This document shows positions 58,501-64,000 of a DNA stretch of 64,000 nt, piece after piece; positions within the stretch are counted from its first letter, which is position 1, and every line of letters begins with the position of its first letter. Origin of the DNA: Narcine bancroftii. Lineage: Eukaryota. Under the pieces are notes generated by a model that did not search any database, was not told the origin of the DNA, and saw nothing but the letters and a program-made list of their open reading frames with translations. The stretch covers positions 27,590,001 through 27,654,000 of the forward strand of contig NC_091476.1 in the NCBI RefSeq assembly GCF_036971445.1, given 5' to 3'. A program made the translations under genes and the position numbers.

Positions 58501-59968
58501 CCAGCAACACCTAACAGCTCAATCGAGGCAATTCTTTGGGGGGTGGGGCCAACATACGCCAGATATATGATAAAACCATGAAAATGGGGACCTGACTTAT
58601 CTGAAATAGAGAGTACTTTTTTTGGTAGAGTTTTTAATTAAAGACTCACATGCAGTAGACATTAGTTGGCAACATGTGTTTGAAAATCTTGGAGCAGTGG
58701 ACTGGATTTGTTGTCATCAATGAAGCTATTGTGTTCCCCACTGCCCTCAGAGAAACTTGCACACAGAAACCTGGCAATCTGTCATGTGCCTTGATCAGAG
58801 ATTGACATTTTGATGTCTTTTTCTCGCTCTCTGAACATCACTATCAATATTCCAAAATCCATATAAATCAGTCGCTCTTGAATGTTGTGTTTTCAGATGC
58901 CCTAAACAATCATTCGTTAAGATTTTGTGTGATCTTTTTATTTACCCACAACCAAAACCAAGATCAAGCTCAGTTTTCTTATTTGTGATTCAGATATTTT
59001 TTTTCTTGAAACAGCAATGTACTGAAGTACATTACTTGCATCATTGAAGGGATACAGTCTGACAACGTTTACTCCATGGGAATAAGACATGCATAAGCCA
59101 CTTAAAAACTTAAACTCTAGACTTAAGATTATAATATCACTAACTTTTAAAAAAAGTATCAAATTTTACACTGCCCAATACTTCCTCAAGTAACTAAAGT
59201 CTATCTCAGTAATTTAAAATTACATCATGTGAAGGAGTTTGGTCACAACAAACTAATGAATGTAAAATATTCAACTTACAAATTCCTCTGTCTTCTGGCC
59301 ACATTTGATAGGCAGATTTCATTCTCACTTAATGTTCGTGATCTACTGGAATTCTGAGAGGTGTTCATCTTTAAAAAAAAAATGCTTTTTAAACTGGTTT
59401 CTAACTGAGGAGTTAGATTCAAAAGTAGACACTTTAATTAGCAGACAAATTCGGGCCTTCTCAATGATGACCTTGTGGTAAGGTTGGATATTTGAAAATC
59501 TAGATAAATATTAAATGGAATAAATTATTAATTTTGGAAGTTGAGTGGACAATTTCCTGAAGTTAAACTGTTTAAAAGATGTGTCAATGTTTAATTTATG
59601 AATAATCACAGAATCTCTCATTTCAATCCAGTGAAATGCACCTCAAAAGCCTTAAAGTGCTTTCGGATGTCCCATAATTGTGTAAGACTCGATAGAAATG
59701 CAACATTTATTTTTAAACCACTTTCCTTCTTTGTAAAGATTTTTAAATGTATGCTACTTAAATATATAATCTCTATATTATAAAAGGACATAATTTTAGT
59801 CATAATGTACCTGGAGTGGACTCTCAGATCTCTCCACATTCATAGACTGGGAAGCTCCAAACATTAAATGAGGAGAGCTGCTAAGTGGTGGAGGATCAGT
59901 ATTCAAGGGATGATTCTGGAACCAACCATACAAGTATGGCCTTGCTCCAATATCCTGCATTTCTGTTT
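46415..59968 (-). CDS. MFF/FATE1-family tail-anchored protein (divergent mitochondrial fission factor paralog); 5'-partial, five coding exons
   Basis: Exons 59968-59811, 59368-59280, 57644-57489, 48890-48812 and 46546-46415 splice in frame (phases 1-0-2-2-0). They end in LRRQ|LNKLNRRLQLLEQE...YSIIFGTCFVNSWLWLRK*, the MFF coiled-coil plus TM signature. Confidence 0.9.
47230..48425 (-). mobile_element. Degenerate CR1 LINE
   Basis: SHHGF..GK, IQKKFTRILLGL and RTGGHRFKMRG remnants. Confidence 0.82.
48812..48890 (-). CDS. MFF-like penultimate exon (MAPDYTIPEGVLENFSVMEIVTLRRQ)
   Basis: Strong acceptor ttttcttttccag; donor CAG|gtaaga; ends at LRRQ in phase 0. Confidence 0.92.
49375..49650. mobile_element. 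Penelope-derived inverted-repeat element; relatives at about 9270-9455, 12500-12715, 26090-26205, 40430-40605 and 41410-41630
   Basis: actcagcaggtcaaac...ccttcatcaagg mirrored by ccttgatgaaggg...tttgacctgctgagt; family assignment is from recall. Confidence 0.55.
51300..52313 (+). mobile_element. pogo-family (POGK-like) DDE transposase remnant, frameshifted
   Basis: ATVGWCNRFM, HGETP..FDM, GHEKTRFTVVL, LLVLDRFHSHL and LQPLNICLNKPFK motifs. Confidence 0.85.
52314..52824. other. Assembly gap (511 N)
   Basis: Run of N. Confidence 0.99.
55300..56900 (-). mobile_element. Tx1/L1-type RT remnant interrupted by an L2-like LINE 3' portion (about 55622-56500)
   Basis: NWKSTSLLNVDYKILSKAI..DPNQTC at 56499-56816 and VSLYIDDI at about 55370; the insert has an L2-type 3' end (tttatttatatagcgc on +). 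Confidence 0.7.
57489..57644 (-). CDS. MFF-like symmetric 156-nt exon (NHHSNVPKLPFPSPGPGQALFSFYYVRDVLSYAGRKLFEHLMESLHQKMGS)
   Basis: ttgtag| acceptor, AG|gtgatc donor, phase 2-2; Pro-rich segment then an amphipathic helix, like an MFF cassette exon. Confidence 0.78.
59280..59368 (-). CDS. MFF-like 89-nt exon (MNTSQNSSRSRTLSENEICLSNVARRQRN)
   Basis: tttaaag| acceptor, TT|gtaagt donor; RSRTLSEN aligns with MFF RERSMSEN. Confidence 0.85.
59811..59968 (-). CDS. MFF-like 158-nt exon (TEMQDIGARPYLYGWFQNHPLNTDPPPLSSSPHLMFGASQSMNVERSESPLQ)
   Basis: ttttctctttag| acceptor, CAG|gtacat donor, phase 1-0, open frame; GC-richer than its flanks. Confidence 0.78.
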
Positions 59969-60841
59969 CTAAAGAGAAAAGTATATTTCCTTAAACCCAA
60001 CTAACAAATATTGCAATGTTAAATAATTTGATGCTATTAATGTACCTGAGTATTTATAGCTCTACAAATTAAAAATTCATGTACTGCATTTCTATTGCAA
60101 TTCAAAGTGTCAAAAATATTAAACAAGAGCATTACTTCATACATGTTCTTTCTAAGCCAGAGTGGAATTTTTTTTAAATGTTCCTACCAATCGGCACAAT
60201 TACCTTAAACTTCAATAAATATTTAATGCCCCTCATAAATCTCACTGCAATAGATTGTATCATAAAAATCACGTAAAGCAATTTACACCATCAAATCTAC
60301 TAATATATGGAATCACTAAAATCTTAAGAATATAGATATTTGCATATTCTTTAATCATTCATCTTTTGTAAAGTACAATTTTTTTTCAACCCAACATCAG
60401 AAATCATGGTCCATCATGTTAAAATCTTAAAATCAAATACATTTATACAGTACTTTTCATAACTTCAAGATATTCCAAGGTCCTTTACAAGCAATCGTGG
60501 TGAAGTATAATCCCTGTTGCAATGCAGCTAATTTGCTTACACCAAGGTCAACACATGTTAATGTGAATATGAATAAATCATTTGGTTTTTTTTTTAAATT
60601 CAGAAAAATGAAGATATCCGAAACAAATCAGAAATGCTAATTTATTTAAAATTTTTCAGGGTTGAACTGACCTCACAGATTGGATAAAAAAAAATTCACC
60701 TAACATGAAATTAGAACAATTGTCCTCGTTTCAGGTAAATCCCTCCCTTCTCTCTTTCCCTTCGCCTGTTGACTTTTCCCACGCAAACTGTGTCGCCCAA
60801 CCTCAGTCAGAAGAATCTCTTGTCCCGTGTCATCAAGGAGA

Positions 60842-63800
60842 GGGGCAGGAGCAGGACCTCGGGCTCCCGGGGCAGGAGCAGGACCTCGGGCTCCCGGGGC
60901 AGGAGCAGGACCTCGGGCTCCCGGGGCAGGAGCAGGACCTCGGGCTCCCGGGGCAGGAGCAGGACCTCGGGCTCCCGGGGCAGGAGCAGGACCTCGGGCT
61001 CCCGGGGCAGGAGCAGGACCTCGGGCTCCCGGGGCAGGAGCAGGACCTCGGGCTCCCGGGGCAGGAGCAGGACCTCGGGCTCCCGGGGCAGGAGCAGGAC
61101 CTCGGGCTCCCGGGGCAGGAGCAGGACCTCGGGCTCCCGGGGCAGGAGCAGGACCTCGGGCTCCCGGGGCAGGAGCAGGACCTCGGGCTCCCGGGGCAGG
61201 AGCAGGACCTCGGGCTCCCGGGGCAGGAGCAGGACCTCGGGCTCCCGGGGCAGGAGCAGGACCTCGGGCTCCCGGGGCAGGAGCAGGACCTCGGGCTCCC
61301 GGGGCAGGAGCAGGACCTCGGGCTCCCGGGGCAGGAGCAGGACCTCGGGCTCCCGGGGCAGGAGCAGGACCTCGGGCTCCCGGGGCAGGAGCAGGACCTC
61401 GGGCTCCCGGGGCAGGAGCAGGACCTCGGGCTCCCGGGGCAGGAGCAGGACCTCGGGCTCCCGGGGCAGGAGCAGGACCTCGGGCTCCCGGGGCAGGAGC
61501 AGGACCTCGGGCTCCCGGGGCAGGAGCAGGACCTCGGGCTCCCGGGGCAGGAGCAGGACCTCGGGCTCCCGGGGCAGGAGCAGGACCTCGGGCTCCCGGG
61601 GCAGGAGCAGGACCTCGGGCTCCCGGGGCAGGAGCAGGACCTCGGGCTCCCGGGGCAGGAGCAGGACCTCGGGCTCCCGGGGCAGGAGCAGGACCTCGGG
61701 CTCCCGGGGCAGGAGCAGGACCTCGGGCTCCCGGGGCAGGAGCAGGACCTCGGGCTCCCGGGGCAGGAGCAGGACCTCGGGCTCCCGGGGCAGGAGCAGG
61801 ACCTCGGGCTCCCGGGGCAGGAGCAGGACCTCGGGCTCCCGGGGCAGGAGCAGGACCTCGGGCTCCCGGGGCAGGAGCAGGACCTCGGGCTCCCGGGGCA
61901 GGAGCAGGACCTCGGGCTCCCGGGGCAGGAGCAGGACCTCGGGCTCCCGGGGCAGGAGCAGGACCTCGGGCTCCCGGGGCAGGAGCAGGACCTCGGGCTC
62001 CCGGGGCAGGAGCAGGACCTCGGGCTCCCGGGGCAGGAGCAGGACCTCGGGCTCCCGGGGCAGGAGCAGGACCTCGGGCTCCCGGGGCAGGAGCAGGACC
62101 TCGGGCTCCCGGGGCAGGAGCAGGACCTCGGGCTCCCGGGGCAGGAGCAGGACCTCGGGCTCCCGGGGCAGGAGCAGGACCTCGGGCTCCCGGGGCAGGA
62201 GCAGGACCTCGGGCTCCCGGGGCAGGAGCAGGACCTCGGGCTCCCGGGGCAGGAGCAGGACCTCGGGCTCCCGGGGCAGGAGCAGGACCTCGGGCTCCCG
62301 GGGCAGGAGCAGGACCTCGGGCTCCCGGGGCAGGAGCAGGACCTCGGGCTCCCGGGGCAGGAGCAGGACCTCGGGCTCCCGGGGCAGGAGCAGGACCTCG
62401 GGCTCCCGGGGCAGGAGCAGGACCTCGGGCTCCCGGGGCAGGAGCAGGACCTCGGGCTCCCGGGGCAGGAGCAGGACCTCGGGCTCCCGGGGCAGGAGCA
62501 GGACCTCGGGCTCCCGGGGCAGGAGCAGGACCTCGGGCTCCCGGGGCAGGAGCAGGACCTCGGGCTCCCGGGGCAGGAGCAGGACCTCGGGCTCCCGGGG
62601 CAGGAGCAGGACCTCGGGCTCCCGGGGCAGGAGCAGGACCTCGGGCTCCCGGGGCAGGAGCAGGACCTCGGGCTCCCGGGGCAGGAGCAGGACCTCGGGC
62701 TCCCGGGGCAGGAGCAGGACCTCGGGCTCCCGGGGCAGGAGCAGGACCTCGGGCTCCCGGGGCAGGAGCAGGACCTCGGGCTCCCGGGGCAGGAGCAGGA
62801 CCTCGGGCTCCCGGGGCAGGAGCAGGACCTCGGGCTCCCGGGGCAGGAGCAGGACCTCGGGCTCCCGGGGCAGGAGCAGGACCTCGGGCTCCCGGGGCAG
62901 GAGCAGGACCTCGGGCTCCCGGGGCAGGAGCAGGACCTCGGGCTCCCGGGGCAGGAGCAGGACCTCGGGCTCCCGGGGCAGGAGCAGGACCTCGGGCTCC
63001 CGGGGCAGGAGCAGGACCTCGGGCTCCCGGGGCAGGAGCAGGACCTCGGGCTCCCGGGGCAGGAGCAGGACCTCGGGCTCCCGGGGCAGGAGCAGGACCT
63101 CGGGCTCCCGGGGCAGGAGCAGGACCTCGGGCTCCCGGGGCAGGAGCAGGACCTCGGGCTCCCGGGGCAGGAGCAGGACCTCGGGCTCCCGGGGCAGGAG
63201 CAGGACCTCGGGCTCCCGGGGCAGGAGCAGGACCTCGGGCTCCCGGGGCAGGAGCAGGACCTCGGGCTCCCGGGGCAGGAGCAGGACCTCGGGCTCCCGG
63301 GGCAGGAGCAGGACCTCGGGCTCCCGGGGCAGGAGCAGGACCTCGGGCTCCCGGGGCAGGAGCAGGACCTCGGGCTCCCGGGGCAGGAGCAGGACCTCGG
63401 GCTCCCGGGGCAGGAGCAGGACCTCGGGCTCCCGGGGCAGGAGCAGGACCTCGGGCTCCCGGGGCAGGAGCAGGACCTCGGGCTCCCGGGGCAGGAGCAG
63501 GACCTCGGGCTCCCGGGGCAGGAGCAGGACCTCGGGCTCCCGGGGCAGGAGCAGGACCTCGGGCTCCCGGGGCAGGAGCAGGACCTCGGGCTCCCGGGGC
63601 AGGAGCAGGACCTCGGGCTCCCGGGGCAGGAGCAGGACCTCGGGCTCCCGGGGCAGGAGCAGGACCTCGGGCTCCCGGGGCAGGAGCAGGACCTCGGGCT
63701 CCCGGGGCAGGAGCAGGACCTCGGGCTCCCGGGGCAGGAGCAGGACCTCGGGCTCCCGGGGCAGGAGCAGGACCTCGGGCTCCCGGGGCAGGAGCAGGAC

Positions 63801-64000
63801 CTCGGGCTCCCGGGGCAGGAGCAGGACCTCGGGCTCCCGGGGCAGGAGCAGGACCTCGGGCTCCCGGGGCAGGAGCAGGACCTCGGGCTCCCGGGGCAGG
63901 AGCAGGACCTCGGGCTCCCGGGGCAGGAGCAGGACCTCGGGCTCCCGGGGCAGGAGCAGGACCTCGGGCTCCCGGGGCAGGAGCAGGACCTCGGGCTCCC
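60842..64000 (+). repeat. 27-bp GC-rich minisatellite (GGGGCAGGAGCAGGACCTCGGGCTCCC)n, about 117 apparently identical copies, running off the window
   Basis: Directly visible; 21/27 GC; two CpG per unit. Confidence 0.99.

Noticed and set aside
60842-64000. Giant repetitive protein-coding exon
   Set aside because: No synonymous variation between units, no convincing start or splice boundary, and all six frames are open simply because the 27-bp GC-rich unit lacks stops; kept only as a repeat finding

Overview
Eukaryotic vertebrate genomic DNA, AT-rich and repeat-dense. The repeat complement (CR1, Rex1/Babar, L1/Tx1, Penelope-derived inverted repeats, hAT and pogo MITEs) suggests a cartilaginous fish (inference). 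The window holds two convergent spliced genes. (1) A complete SYTL4 (synaptotagmin-like 4/granuphilin) CDS on + from 926 to 34134: 16 phase-consistent coding exons, 2106 nt, 701 aa, with a Rab27-binding SHD/zinc finger and C2A and C2B domains. (2) The last five coding exons of a divergent mitochondrial fission factor (MFF) family gene on - from 59968 to 46415, which the ORF track largely misses. Its coiled-coil region resembles mammalian FATE1, while its exon architecture matches MFF. Its first coding exon is not visible and probably lies beyond a perfectly homogeneous, GC-rich 27-bp tandem array (60842 to the window end) that is open in all six frames. Other notable structure includes a 5'-inverted L1 whose target-site duplication overlaps a SYTL4 splice donor, other L1s with clear TSDs, a 118-bp x5 tandem repeat, degenerate hammerhead-like cores in Penelope-type repeats, and a 511-N gap. 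Comparisons with human proteins are from memory and need database confirmation.
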